NCBI GenBank assembly: GCA_964016885.1
Contig: OZ024762.1
Location: 24,428,001-24,492,000 of the forward strand
DNA length: 64,000 bases
Source of the DNA: Eledone cirrhosa
Lineage: Eukaryota
Direction: 5' to 3'
Shown: positions 1 to 14,536 of the stretch, one piece after another
Layout of the letters: each line of letters begins with the position of its first letter
How positions within the stretch are numbered: position 1 is the first letter of the stretch
Notes under the pieces: model-generated
What the model was told of the DNA's origin: nothing
What the model saw: only the letters and a program-made list of their open reading frames with translations
The model's database searches: none
Position numbers and translations under genes: made by a program

Positions 1-230
1 CTCACATAACATTTACATTACTCTATATATACTATTGTATTTTCACAGTAAAGACTTTACCTCACATAATATCTCACATAACATCTACATTACTCTATAT
101 ATATTATTGTATTTTCACTGTAAAGGCTTTACCTCATATAATATCTCACATAATATTGAATCTATGAGATTTTGATATTATTTATTTTGAGAACAATACC
201 TTAACATCAGTATGATGAGCAGTTGGCAAA
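1..230 (-). repeat. End of another piggyBac-MITE-derived 72-bp array
   Basis: Reverse complement of the 61860-63110 unit plus MITE body. Confidence 0.8.
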
Positions 231-299
231 TTCTAGTTATTTCCTTTCTGTGTTTGGATCTTACTGGAAGGAATTTCTTTTTTTCATCTTTCTCATGTT

Positions 300-600
300 T
301 ACCATCATCATCAGCATCTTCATTGTTTTTACATCTTTCATGGGTTAGCGCGGCATTTTCAGCACAGCATCTCTCCACATGCTGCATTCCTTTGTCATCT
401 TCTCTGTGCGTTTTGGCAATTTCAGATTTGAAATCAGCCTCCACCACTTCCATTCAGGTCTTCCTTGGTCTTCCTCTACTGTGACTTCCTTCCACTGAGA
501 TAACTTGGTACTTCTTCGCCCAGTGATCAGCATCCATGTGCATCACATACCAGCGCAAGTCTTCTCTCTTGCACACTACTTCTGCTTCCTCTTATGCCTA
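300..600 (-). mobile_element. Decayed 3' end of an RTE-clade LINE
   Basis: With frameshifts and a stop the minus strand reads QERRL/RWYVMHMDADHWAKKYQVISVEGSHSRGRPRKT*MEVVEADF/...EMTKE..WRDAV (RTE C-terminal RLRW..HV and GRPRKTW motifs), then CTAACCCATG and a (GAT)n tail. Confidence 0.75.
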
Positions 601-1559
601 TGTCAAAAATTAAAACCAGAGATGGACTTATCTTGGAATAGATTTAATTTGTCCCTATATTTTGGATTTCCCATCCATCATCGGGAGTTTCCAAAGGTAA
701 ATAGATATGTTGAGAAGGGAAACTATGTAGCCGTTTGTTGAGTAATTTATTAGAGATGGAGGTAACTTGGTTACAGGAGCTGGATAAAATGAAGTATCTG
801 TCTAAAGAGGAGAGGGGGTCACAGCATATTGATGCTAAGTCATTCACAATTGACTGTGAGGGCCAAGTTGCCAGCATATCTGTCAGTGTGTGTATGTATA
901 TATGTCTGTTTGTGTCTGGGTATGGGTGTCTGTATGCGTGTATGTGTTTGTATGTGTGTGTGTTTGTATATGTGTCTGTATATTTGCATGTCTCTGGGGT
1001 GTCTGTATGTGTGTGACTATGTATGTTTGTGTCTGTGTGTGTATTATAAAACATGTATTTATTGGTGTTATTCATATTCCGAAACACACACACACACACA
1101 CATACATACTTCATACACATTTTTTTCAGAGACATATACACACGCTTATGTACTGAAAGACAAACACACACACATGCCTCATACACATCTCATATACACA
1201 CACATGTATGCATACACATACACACACACACACATATATATATATATACACAATTACTAGCACAGCAGTGTGAGCGCATGCGCGCACACACACAATGTAC
1301 ACATTTGCTCACATACATATATACACTTATATGCATGTACACACATACACACACCACATTTGTATATACAGACACACACATACTGCATATTTGTACGTAC
1401 ACACATACACACACCACATTTGTATGCACACACATACACGTTTGTATACACACTCTCATACACAGACTGCAATGCCACCCCCATCCCTCTCGCATCCCCT
1501 CTTCTATCTCTAGTGTACACGCACACACAAGCACGCACACACACACACGCGCACACAAG

Positions 1560-1594
<35 letters not shown>

Positions 1595-1610
1595 GCGTGT
1601 GCACGCACAC

Positions 1611-1679
<69 letters not shown>

Positions 1680-2090
1680 AATATAGTAGTTGCAGTAAAG
1701 ACTGCACACTGCTGCTGCTGTTGCTGCTGCTGCTCTACTCTTACTACTACTGCCTCTCTACTCTTACTACTACTGCCTCCTTCCATTCTGTTGTATGTGC
1801 AATAGTTCCTCCTCCTACTACTACTACTGCCACCACCACAACTATTACTACTACTACTAATCAGATATCGGTCACAGTCCGGCAGGCTTACAGTCGCAGC
1901 TGAGCCCCGTAGCAGTGGAAACTTTTGAGGCCCTAACCTAACCCCCCCCCCTACACCATTGGCACAGAGTTGACCACCCGTAGGTGTAAGCCTTGTCACC
2001 TGTAATGGCTCTTCCATCCTCCGGCAAAATGCCTTCTCTATTCTGTCCCCCCAGGGCCGCAGACAGAGCAGCCAGCCCGTGGGCCTCCAT

Positions 2091-5000
2091 TTGGTAGTGT
2101 TGGGGCTATGATACAATACACCCAGTACACTCTGTAAAGTGGTAGTGTTGGGGCTATGATACAATACACCCAGTACACTCTGTAAAGTGGTAGTATTGGT
2201 GTCATGATACAATACACCCAGTACACTCTGTAAAGTGGTAGTGTTGATGTCATGATATAATACACCCAGTACACTCTGTAAAGTGGTAGTGTTGGGGCTA
2301 TGATACAATACACCCAGTACACTCTGTAAAGTGGTAGTGTTGGTGTCATGATATAATACACCCAGTACACCCTGTAAAGTGGTAGTGTTGGTGCTATGAT
2401 ACAATACACCCAGTACACTCTGTAAAGTGGTAGTGTTGGGGCTATGATACAATACACCCAGTACACTCTGTAAAGTGGTAGTGTTGGTGCTATGATACAA
2501 TACACCCAGTACACTCTGTAAAGTGGTAGTATTGGTGTCATGATACAATACACCCAGTACACTCTGTAAAGTGGTAGTGTTGATGTCATGATATAATACA
2601 CCCAGTACACTCTGTAAAGTGGTAGTGTTGGGGCTATGATACAATACACCCAGTACACTCTGTAAAGTGGTAGTGTTGGGGCTATGATACAATACACCCA
2701 GTACACTCTGTAAAGTGGTAGTGTTGGTGTCATGATATAATACACCCAGTACACCCTGTAAAGTGGTAGTGTTGGTGCTATGATACAATACACCCAGTAC
2801 ACTCTGTAAAGTGGTAGTGTTGGTGCTATGATACAATACACCCAGTACACTCTGTAAAGTGGTAGTGCTGGTGTCATGATATAATACACCCAGTACACTC
2901 TGTAAGGTGGTAGTGTTGGGGCTATGATACAATACACCCAGTACACTCTGTAAAGTGGTAGTGTTGGGGCTATGATACAATACACCCAGTACACTCTGTA
3001 AAGTGGTAGTGTTGGTGCTATGATACATTACACCCAGTACACTCTGTAAAGTGGTAGTGTTGGGGCTATGATACATTACACCCAGTACACTCTGTAAAGT
3101 GTTGGGGCTATGATACAATACACCCAGTACACTCTGTAAAGTGGTAGTGTTGGTGCTATGATACAATACACCCAGTACACTCTGTAAAGTGGTAGTGTTG
3201 GTGTCATGATACAATACACCCAGTACACTCTGTAAAGTGGTAGTGTTGGGGCTATGATACATTACACCCAGTACACTCTGTAAAGTGGTAGTGTTGGTGC
3301 TATGATACAATACACCCAGTACACTCTGTAAAGTGGTAGTGTTGGTGTCATGATACAATACACTCGGTACACTCTGTAAAGTGGTAGTGTTGGTGTCATG
3401 ATACAATACACTCGGTACACTCTGTAAAGTGGTAGTGTTGGGGCTATGATACATTACACCCAGTACACTCTGTAAAGTGGTAGTGTTGGTGCTATGATAC
3501 AATACACCCAGTACACTCTGTAAAGTGGTAGTGTTGGTGTCATGATACAATACACCCAGTACACTCTGTAAAGTGGTAGTGTTGGTGTCATGTAACAATA
3601 CACCCGGTACACTCTGTAAAGTGGTAGTGTTGGGGCTATGATACATTACACCCAGTACACTCTGTAAAGTGGTAGTGCTGGTGTCATGATACAATACACC
3701 CAGTACACTCTGTAAAGTGGTAGTGTTGATGTCATGATACAATACACCCAGTACACTCTGTAAAGTGGTAGTGTTGGTGTCATGATACAATACACCCAGT
3801 ACACTCTGTAAAGTGGTAGTGTTGGTGTCATGATACAATACACCCAGTACACTCTGTAAAGTAGTCGTGCTGGTGTCATGATATAATACACCCAGTACAC
3901 TCTGTAAGGTGGTAGTGTTGGGGCTATGATACATTACACCCAGTACACTCTGTAAAGTGGTAGTGTTGGGGCTATGATACAATACACCCAGTACACTCTG
4001 TAAAGTGGTAGTGCTGGTGTCATGATATAATACACCCAGTACACTCTGTAAGGTGGTAGTGTTGGGGCTATGATACAATACACCCAGTACACTCTGTAAA
4101 GTGGTAGTGTTGGGGCTATGATACAATACACCCAGTACACTCTGTAAAGTGGTAGTGTTGGTGTCATGATACAATACACCCAGTACACTCTGTAAAGTGG
4201 TAGTGCTGGTGTCATGATACAATACACCCAGTACACTCTGTAAAGAGGTAGTGTTGGTGTCATGATAAAATACACCCAGTACACTCTGTAAGGTGGTAGT
4301 GTTGGGGCTATGATACAATACACCCAGTACACTCTGTAAAGTGGTAGTGTTGGGGCTATGATACAATACACCCAGTACACTCTGTAAAGTGGTAGTGTTG
4401 GGGCTATGATACAATACACCCAGTACACTCTGTAAAGTGGTAGTGTTGGTGTCATGATACAATACACCCAGTACACTCTGTAAAGTGGTAGTGCTGGTGT
4501 CATGATACAATACACCCAGTACACTCTGTAAAGTGGTAGTGTTGGGGCTATGATACAATACACCCAGTACACTCTGTAAAGTGGTAGTGTTGGTGCTATG
4601 ATACATTACACCCAGTACACTCTGTAAAGTGGTAGTGTTGGGGCTATGATACATTACACCCAGTACACTCTGTAAAGTGGTAGTGCTGGTGTCATGATAC
4701 AATACACCCAGTACACTCTGTAAAGTAGTAGTGTTGGTGTCATGATACAATACACCCAGTACACTCTGTAAAGTGGTAGTGTTGGGGCTATGATACAATA
4801 CACCCAGTACACTCTGTAAAGTGGTAGTGTTGGTGCTATAATACAATACACCCAGTACACTCTGTAAAGTGGTAGTGTTGGGGCTATGATACAATACACC
4901 CAGTACACTCTGTAAAGTGGTAGTGTTGGTGCTATGATACAATACACCCAGTACACTCTGTAAAGTGGTAGTGTTGGTGCTATGATACAATACACCCAGT

Positions 5001-5343
5001 ACACTCTGTAAAGTGGTAGTGTTGGTGCTATGATACAATACACCCAGTACACTCTGTAAAGTGTTGGGGCTATGATACAATACACCCAGTACACTCTGTA
5101 AAGTGGTAGTGTTGGTGTCATGATACAATACACCCAGTACACTCTGTAAAGTGGTAGTGTTGGTGTCATGATACAATACACCCAGTACACTCTGTAAAGT
5201 GGTAGTGTTGGGGCTATGATACATTACACCCAGTACACTCTGTAAAGTGGTAGTGTTGGTGTCATGATACAATACACCCAGTACACTCTGTAAAGTGGTA
5301 GTGTTGGGGCTATGATACATTACACCCAGTACACTCTGTAAAG
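2091..5343. repeat. 48-bp minisatellite, about 68 copies
   Basis: Unit gtggtagtgttggggctatgatacaatacacccagtacactctgtaaa with a few recurring variants. Confidence 0.97.
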
Positions 5344-6202
5344 CTGGTTGATCCAGCTGTAAAAGTAATTCCATATACCCTCACACATATACACAGAAAT
5401 ACCCATACACACACACACACACACATATGTATATAACACCACACACATACACACATGTATAACCACACATATACCCACACACATCATATACATACCCACA
5501 CACATATCATATACATACCCACACATATATACACATACCCACACATATATACACATACCCACACATATATACATACCCACACACATATCATATACATACC
5601 CACACATATATACACATACCCACACATATATACACCCCACACACATACACATACATACTCTCCCACACACACACACATACATAGTCTCCCACACACACAC
5701 ATACATACTCTCCCACACACACACACATACATACTCTCCCACACACACACACATACATACTCTCCCCCATACCCACACATATATACGCCCCACACACATA
5801 CATACTCTCCCACACACACACACATACACACTCTCCCCCATACACACACACCTCTAACACTAGCTACTCACTGTGTTATTGATGTAGTCAACATTATCCT
5901 TTCTATATAGAAAAATCTATAAATTTCAGAACACCCTGTCTTACTAGAGAATTGATATCACCCCCCACTCTCTCTCTGTCTCTGTATATACATATGTGTA
6001 TATATAAGTGTATACATATATATATATATGTGTGTCTGTATATGTATATATATGTGTGCCTATATATGTATATATATATATGTGTGCCTATATATGTATA
6101 TATATATATATATATATGTGTGTGTCTGTATATGTATATAAATATGTGCCTATATATGTGTCCGTATATGTATATATATAAATATGTATATATATGTATA
6201 TA

Positions 6203-6240
<38 letters not shown>

Positions 6241-6280
6241 CCTATATATGTATATATATATATATGTGTGCCTATATATG

Positions 6281-6313
<33 letters not shown>

Positions 6314-6426
6314 CTGTATATGTATATAAATATGTGCCTATATATGTATATATATATATATATGTGTCTGTATATGTATATATATATGTGCCTATATATG
6401 TATATATATGTATGTGTGCCTATATA

Positions 6427-6457
<31 letters not shown>

Positions 6458-6484
6458 GTGTCTGTATATGTATATATATATGTG

Positions 6485-6519
<35 letters not shown>

Positions 6520-6856
6520 ACGTATATGTATATATATATATATGTATATATATGTATATATATATATGTATATATATATATACGTGTGTGAGTGTGTGTG
6601 TGCGTATGCATATATAATCTGATAAAGTCCATTAGCAAGCTCACTTATATCATGTTACACAGCTAATGTGGAAGTGAGTGTGAAAAAAGAGCACACACAC
6701 ACATACACACACACATGTACACACACACACACATACACACACACGTACACACACACATCTATCTATCTCTGTATATGTTAAGTTTAAATGTTACTTTTTG
6801 TGAATGACGGAAAAAGAAAGCACTCAATACTTGCAATAGTAAATATATAAATAAAT

Positions 6857-6951
<95 letters not shown>

Positions 6952-7333
6952 CACACATGTATATGTATGTTTTCTTTTTAACTTAATTTAATTCTCTGTC
7001 TCTCTACTCCAGTTTCACCCCTGTAGAGTTCTTCATAGGAGATTGCAATCGTATAGAACTTGAGCTCTGAGATAGAAAATTCAGTTTGAATTAAGCCCCC
7101 CCCCCCCCCCCCACCTCGCCCGCACACACGTGTGTAAGTATGTGTATATATCTGTGTCTGTGTGCACACACATGCACACACACACAGACACAGTCACACA
7201 CATCTATATCTATATATATACACTCATATATATATGGGTGTGTGTGTATTTAAAAGTAATAACAAAAATAAAACGAATGGCACAGTACATGGACGAAATA
7301 TATTAGTTCAACGCTTGAAATAGTAGGAAGAGA

Positions 7334-7371
7334 GTCTTAAATTTTCGGACACTAGTCCTTCATCAGAAGAC
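7334..7371 (-). ncRNA. Minimal hammerhead ribozyme motif
   Basis: Reverse complement gtctt-CTGATGA-aggactagtgtcc-GAAA-attt-aagac; stem II GGAC/GTCC; the flank is homologous to 18350-18430. Confidence 0.6.
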
Positions 7372-7725
7372 AGAAGATAAATAGAAAGTAAAGAGTGAAG
7401 AAAAGAAGGTACATGGAAAATGGAGATGTGTGTCTATATATGTATGCGTGTGTATATGTATGTATGCAAGTATATATAAGGAGGTTTGTGTGTATGTATG
7501 TGTGTGAGTATATATAAGGAGGTTTGTATGTATATATGTGTATATGTATGTATATGTAAGTGTGTGTATATATAAGGAGGTTTGTGTGTATGTATGTGCA
7601 TATGTATGCATTTGTATGAGCATGTATGTATATATATATGCATGTGTGTATATGTATATGTTTTATGCAAGTATATATAAGGAAGTTTTTGTGTATGTAT
7701 GTACATATATATATGCATATGTATG

Positions 7726-7757
<32 letters not shown>

Positions 7758-7959
7758 CATGTGTATATATATATGTATATGTTTATGTATATGCATACAT
7801 ATGCATATATATGCGCACGTATGTCTATATATGCATGCACGTATATGTATATGTTTATGTGTATGTATCAGTATATGTATATGTTAGTGTGCCAGTATAT
7901 ATAGGGATCAGTGTGTGTATGTATATGTGTATGTGTATATGTATGTGCATGTATGTATA

Positions 7960-8176
7960 TGTTTGTGTATATATATGTAAGGGAACGCAATGTGTTGAGA
8001 AGAATGTATGTGTATGTGTATGTGTATATATGTGTTTGTGTATATATATGTAAGGGAACGCAAGGTGTTAAGAAGAAGGTTTGTGTATGAGTATGTGTAT
8101 ATATGTGTATGTGTATATATGTGAATGTATGTATATGTAAGGGAACGCAAGGTGTTAAGAAGAAGGTTTGTGTATA

Positions 8177-8207
<31 letters not shown>

Positions 8208-8499
8208 GTGTATGTGTGTGCATGTATGTATATGCTTGTGTATATATATGTAAGGGAACGCAAAGTGTTGAGAAGAAGGTTTGTGTATGTGTATATATGT
8301 GTATGTGTGTATGTATGTGCATGTATGTATATGTTTGTGTATATATATGTAAGGGAACGCAAGGTGTTAAGAAGAAGGTTTGTGTATGTGTATGTGTATA
8401 TATGTGTATGTGTGTATGTATGTGCATGTATGTATATGTTTGTGTATATATGTAAGGGAATGCAATGTGTTGAGAAGAGGGTTTGTGTATATGTATATA

Positions 8500-8530
<31 letters not shown>

Positions 8531-8680
8531 GTATGTATATGTTTGTGTATATATATGTAAGGGAACGCAAGGTGTTGAGAAGAAGGTTTGTGTATGTATG
8601 TATATATATGTGTATGTGTATATGTATGTGCATGTATGTATATGTTTGTGTACGCAAGGTGTTGAGAAGAAGAAGGTTTG
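7960..8680. repeat. Tandem repeat, variable unit of about 70-120 bp
   Basis: taagggaacgcaaggtgttgagaagaagg separated by (TG/TA)n. Confidence 0.8.
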
Positions 8681-9198
8681 TTTTCCATTTTTGATTTAAT
8701 TTCTCCCCCCCCCCCCACACCCCCATTGATCCGCTAGTTTATATGTGCATTACGCTTGTGTGCAGCTAGCTGCGCTTGACTGCACTCACGTAGGGAAGCT
8801 AACAAACACGCATATGTGAGTACACACATATATACACACACAGAGACAATACACAAACAGATACATTGACAGACCAACACACGTGTGTGTGCATATATAT
8901 ATATATATATACGCACACACCAGTATACACACAAACATAAACATATACATTCACAGACCAACACACACGTGTGTGTAGACACACACACATGCACACATAC
9001 ATTCACAGACCAATACACACGTGTGTGTAGACACACACATACATTCACAGACCAATACACACGTGTGTGTAGACACACACATACATTCACAGACCAATAC
9101 ACACGTGTGTGTAGACACACACACACACATACATTCACAGACCAATACACACGTGTGTAGACACACATACACACACACACACATATATATACGTAGAT

Positions 9199-9248
<50 letters not shown>

Positions 9249-10479
9249 CTACACATACATACAGACAGTATATACATCAATACATTCACATACCAACATA
9301 CATGTGTGTATACATATATATATATATACACAGATACACATATACATACAGATACACATACATACACAGTATATATATCCATACATACACAGACCAACAC
9401 ATACTCTCATATATAGACACATACTTCCACAAACCAACTCACACACACACAGATCAACACAGAAACATATACACAGCGATCAGCACACACATACACGCTC
9501 ACATACTCTATCCACATACATACTCACATACTCATCCGCATACACACACTCACATAATCATACACATACACACTCACATACTCATACACATACATACTCA
9601 CATACTCATCCGCATACACACACTCACATAATCATACATATACATACTCACATAATCATACACATACATACTCACATAATCATACACATACATACTCACA
9701 TAATCATACATATACATACTCACATAATCATACATATACATACTCACATAATCATACACACACACACTCACATACTCATCCACATACACACACTCACATA
9801 CTCATCCGCATACACACTCACATACTCATATAATCATACACATACATACTCACATACTCATACACACTCACATACTCATACACATACACACTCACACACT
9901 CATACACACTCACATACACATACATACACACACTCACATAATCATACATATACACACTCACATACTCATCCACATACACACACTCACTCATACATACACA
10001 CTCACACTCACACACTCATCCACATACATATACACTAATACTTTAATACTGATGCTGTCAAATAAGCTCATTCTTGCATGACTGCACATTGCATGTAATA
10101 TGTGTACACACACACACTAACACACACATGCATTTGAGCCTGCACACACACTAACACACACACTAACACACACACACATGCATTTGAGCCTGCACACACA
10201 CATATGCATTTGAGCTTGCACACACACATACATACACAGGACTATTATTTATGCTGTCAAAACCATACATGGGTACTGATGCACTTACGCATATACACAT
10301 GTATACATACACACGTGTACACACACAGGATTACAATGATGCACATATGCATACACACATACACACACACACACATGACTATCATTTATGCTGTCAAACA
10401 CTTACATGTGTAGTGATGCACTTATGCACACACACATACATACACACACACACACATATACACACATACACACACACAT

Positions 10480-10720
10480 ACATACACACACATATACACA
10501 CAGGACTGCAATGATGCACTTATGCACACACACACACATACATACACACACACACATATACACACAGGACTGCAATGATGCACTTATGCACACACACACA
10601 CATACATACACACACACACATATACACACAGGACTGCAATGATGCACTTATGCACACACACACACATACACACACACACACATATACACACAGGACTGCA
10701 ATGATGCACTTATGCATACA
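10480..10720. repeat. About 60-bp tandem repeat
   Basis: caggactgcaatgatgcacttatgcac four times. Confidence 0.8.
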
Positions 10721-10807
10721 CGCACACATATATATATATACACACATACACAGGATTATCATATTATCAAACACATGCAATATATCTGCATGCATGCATT
10801 TGAGCTT

Positions 10808-10842
<35 letters not shown>

Positions 10843-11196
10843 TACACACACACAGACATACACATGCTCATAAGACTATCATTCTCACACACACAGATGA
10901 ATGTTCAATAATGCACTTATGTATACACATATATCTTCATACGCTCATACACACAGATACGGGGCTATCATTGACTTTGTCAAACACATGCTTGCACATA
11001 GATGCACTTATGTATACACACACACACACACACACACACATACACACACACACACCCACACATACATGGCTATCATCTGTAATGTAAAACACATGCTTGC
11101 ACACAGATGCAATTACGCATACGCACGCATATATATATACACATACACACACACATATATATACACACACACACATATATATATACACATACACAT

Positions 11197-11805
11197 GGTG
11201 GCTGCCAACTCGTTTTCGAGTATGGCCACTACTTTATATCCATGTAGGAGAACTCCTACCGATGCGCTGAACGAGTGTGACTTTTTAGTCCAGCCAGCGA
11301 CTTGAAAACTCTGGTACAAACACTACACTTGTGACAATTATTGACACATAGTGCTGGGCCCATGGTACCATGTGTTGACAAATGCAGAGAGATCTCCAGA
11401 TATAAAGCAATGCCTGTGCCGTGAAGCTTTTATAGTGAGCAAAGGCACTGCACAAAGCCAGTCCCACTCTCTTAACCAAGATGATATTTACCAAAAAGAA
11501 GAACAAGTCAACATCATTGGATACCATCAGAGTTGCAGGTGTTATATCAGAGTTTTCCTTCTCTTAGAATTCTGCCTTGACAAAGGCTAAGGGGTCATCT
11601 CTCCCGGTGATTTTGGATGGCCACTGACTCTTAAGAGCTCCTTTGCCCTTTGACAGGTTTTGTTTTTAGTCCTGCAGGATGTCCAAAGTCACCCTCCTCA
11701 CCAAGAAACCTTGGTGGGGTTGCCAGTTTAGTCGCCAACGACCCGACCATGAGACAGGTTGTACTGGGATACATGTTACCAGTAGCACCAACTGGTGACC
11801 TGACA
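11197..11805 (-). mobile_element. About 600-bp non-coding interspersed repeat, possibly a non-autonomous RTE derivative
   Basis: 11197-11612 is near-identical to 17746-18152; a diverged copy lies at about 35826-36130; no credible ORF; strand and class are inferred. Confidence 0.55.
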
Positions 11806-12320
11806 TAACACATACACATACATATATATATACACACATACACATATATACACACACACACATACACATATATACACACACACACATATATATACTCATA
11901 CACACATATATATATACTCATACACACATATATATATATACACACATACACATATATACACACACACGCATATATATATACACATACACACACATATATA
12001 CACACACATATACACACACACACACATATATATACACACACACACATATATATACACACACATACACATATATACACACACACACATATATATACACACA
12101 CATACACATATATATACACACACATACACATATATACACATACACACACATATATATACACATACACATACATACACACACATATATATATGCATACATA
12201 TATATACACACACATACACATATATATACACACACATACACATATATATACACACACACACATATATATATATACATACACACACATATATATACACATA
12301 CACACGGCTAATTTTATTGA

Positions 12321-12360
12321 TCTCAAATATTTTCGGACTTAAAACCCCATTCTCAAGAGA
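12321..12360 (-). ncRNA. Possible hammerhead variant (U3-A8 core)
   Basis: Reverse complement tctc-TTGAGAA-tggggttttaagtcc-GAAA-atat-TT-gaga; stem II is weak. Confidence 0.35.
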
Positions 12361-12503
12361 GGATCTGTGTATAGGAATTGAAAGTGTAATCGGAGAAGTG
12401 ATGTTGCTGGGCTGGCATTTTAATTAATATATATACACATATATATATATATGTTGATTGAAAACTGCACTATCCACAAGTGTTTTTTAGCCTTCATATC
12501 CTG

Positions 12504-12570
12504 TTTTATCTGATGAAAACACAAATATTATTGCATGATGATGTTTGTTTTTGAAATGCGCATAATAAAA
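12504..12570 (+). ncRNA. Minimal type-I hammerhead ribozyme motif
   Basis: Stem I ttttat/ataaaa; core CTGATGA (12510-16); long stem II; GAAA (12553-56); palindromic stem III ATGCGCAT; AUA cleavage triplet. Confidence 0.75.
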
Positions 12571-12602
12571 TACATGGAACTCCTTTAACCATCTTTTGAT
12601 CT

Positions 12603-12672
<70 letters not shown>

Positions 12673-12811
12673 ATTAAATTGTTAAACAATATTCAATGAG
12701 TATGTCAAAGAATGATTTTTACAGTAGATTGGAAGCACTCAACGGTAAAAATAATTTTCAGGAGTTATTAATATAAGTATTAATAAAATAGATGTTCTTT
12801 TGATCAATTAC

Positions 12812-12864
12812 ATTTTATTATACATATTTCGGATGTACAACAGTGCGCCCTCATCAGACAAAAT
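12812..12864 (-). ncRNA. Minimal hammerhead ribozyme motif (left arm of foldback)
   Basis: Reverse complement attttgt-CTGATGA-gggcgcactgttgtacatcc-GAAA-tatgta-TA-ataaaat. Confidence 0.65.
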
Positions 12865-12915
12865 ATAATGATACATGACATACCCTGAGATGTTAAATGG
12901 TTAAATCTTAATTAT

Positions 12916-12968
12916 ATTTTGTCTGATGAGGACGTACTGTTGTACATCAGAAATATGTATAATAAAAT
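12916..12968 (+). ncRNA. Minimal hammerhead ribozyme motif (right arm of foldback)
   Basis: attttgt-CTGATGA-ggacgtactgttgtacatca-GAAA-tatgta-TA-ataaaat. Confidence 0.6.
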
Positions 12969-13020
12969 GTAATTGATCAAAAGAAGATCTATTTTATTAA
13001 TACTTATATATATAATATAT

Positions 13021-13283
13021 TTTCATTTTTTCATTTTCATTTTACGTCCGCTTTTTCCCTGCTTGCAAGGGTGGGACGAGAACTGATTCTGGCTTGATTT
13101 CTACAGCTGGATGCCCTTCCTAACACCAACCTCATTTACAGTGAGTGCTGGGTGCTTTTTTGTCGTGGCACCTCCACGACCACTTGCAGTGGAATGATAT
13201 GGACCCCAGTCCCTATCATCTCATTTCTACAGCTGAGTAAACTAGAGCAATGTGAAATAAAGTGTCTTGCTCAAGGAAACAAC
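13021..13283 (-). mobile_element. SINE family A, 5'-truncated
   Basis: Body and tail match family A; tRNA head missing. Confidence 0.82.
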
Positions 13284-13459
13284 ATATATATATATATATA
13301 TATATTCGTAGAATTATGGGAGAAAGTGTAAGGAAGCTGTTAAAACAGTAGGAGGGCATTTATAATTCAAAATACCATAAGACCAAGGATTTCTTCTCCA
13401 CAATTGATGAGATACTCTAACCACATTGAAACGGCTGTAAATGTATAAATATATAATAG

Positions 13460-13650
13460 TAATAATTGTTTCTACTTTTGGCACAAGGCCGGCAATTATC
13501 CAGTGCATTACTGGTACTTTATTTTATTGACCCTGTAAGGATGAACGGCAAAGTTAACCTCGGCGGGATTTGAACTCAGAATAGAAAGGGCCGTAACTCT
13601 ATGCTGCAAAGCATGGCGTCCGACCCTCTACCGATACTGCCAATCTACCA
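13460..13650 (-). mobile_element. tRNA-derived SINE family B
   Basis: Minus strand tggcagtatcggtagag...gagttcaaatcccgccgagg...tcatccttacagggtcaataaaataaagtaccag (resembles Meta-type central domain, from memory) with (AAT)n tail. Confidence 0.82.
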
Positions 13651-13910
13651 AAATAGTAATAATAATCCTTGGTCGTATTGAATTTTGAATTATATGTAAA
13701 TGTGGTTGGTGTTAGGAAGGCCATCCAGGTGTAAAATATTTGACCAATTTTGTCGTCCCTGTCGGAGAAAGATGTGTCATGGCCGACCAAGGCCAGACTT
13801 GCCTCCCGGCATGGACGACTTGTGTACACCATGCAAGCATGGAAGAATTGACACTAAAGAAAAAGGATGATGATGATATATATATATATATGTATGTATG
13901 TATATATATA

Positions 13911-13985
<75 letters not shown>

Positions 13986-13989
13986 TGTG

Positions 13990-14027
<38 letters not shown>

Positions 14028-14028
<1 letters not shown>

Positions 14029-14200
14029 CATCATCACCATCATCATCACCGTTTTACGTCCGTTCTTCCATGCTAGCATGGGTTAGACGGGTTGTCCTGT
14101 TGTGGGCAGTGTCTGGTCGGCTGACCATGCCTTGCTCATACAGGAACTGATTTGGCTTGATTTCTACAGCTGGATGCCCTTCCTAACACCAACCTCATTT
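14028..14200 (-). mobile_element. SINE family A 3' fragment (long-tail variant)
   Basis: Matches 21570-21742 in reverse. Confidence 0.75.
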
Positions 14201-14217
14201 AGATATGTATATATATA

Positions 14218-14279
<62 letters not shown>

Positions 14280-14378
14280 TATATATATGTATGTATATAT
14301 ATATATATGTATATATACATATATATATGTATATATACATATATATATGTATGTATATATATATATATGTATGTATAT

Positions 14379-14452
<74 letters not shown>

Positions 14453-14463
14453 GTATGTATATA

Positions 14464-14500
<37 letters not shown>

Positions 14501-14501
14501 G

Positions 14502-14536
<35 letters not shown>

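Larger units (their letters stand above)
12771..13009. repeat. Long inverted repeat (about 99-bp arms, 41-nt spacer)
   Basis: 12771-12869 is the near-perfect reverse complement of 12911-13009. Confidence 0.92.

Noticed and set aside
1865-2092. Possible upstream RBFOX exons (AG at about 1864 and 2054)
   Set aside because: No recognisable homology, weak donor, and resemblance to the decayed SINE at 20930-21110
2091-5343. CRISPR-like regular array
   Set aside because: Head-to-tail units with no unique spacers, no cas genes, eukaryotic context
1190-5374. 1394-aa ORF on the minus strand
   Set aside because: Made of a 48-bp minisatellite plus (TG)n; no domain or splice context; a by-product of unit length divisible by 3
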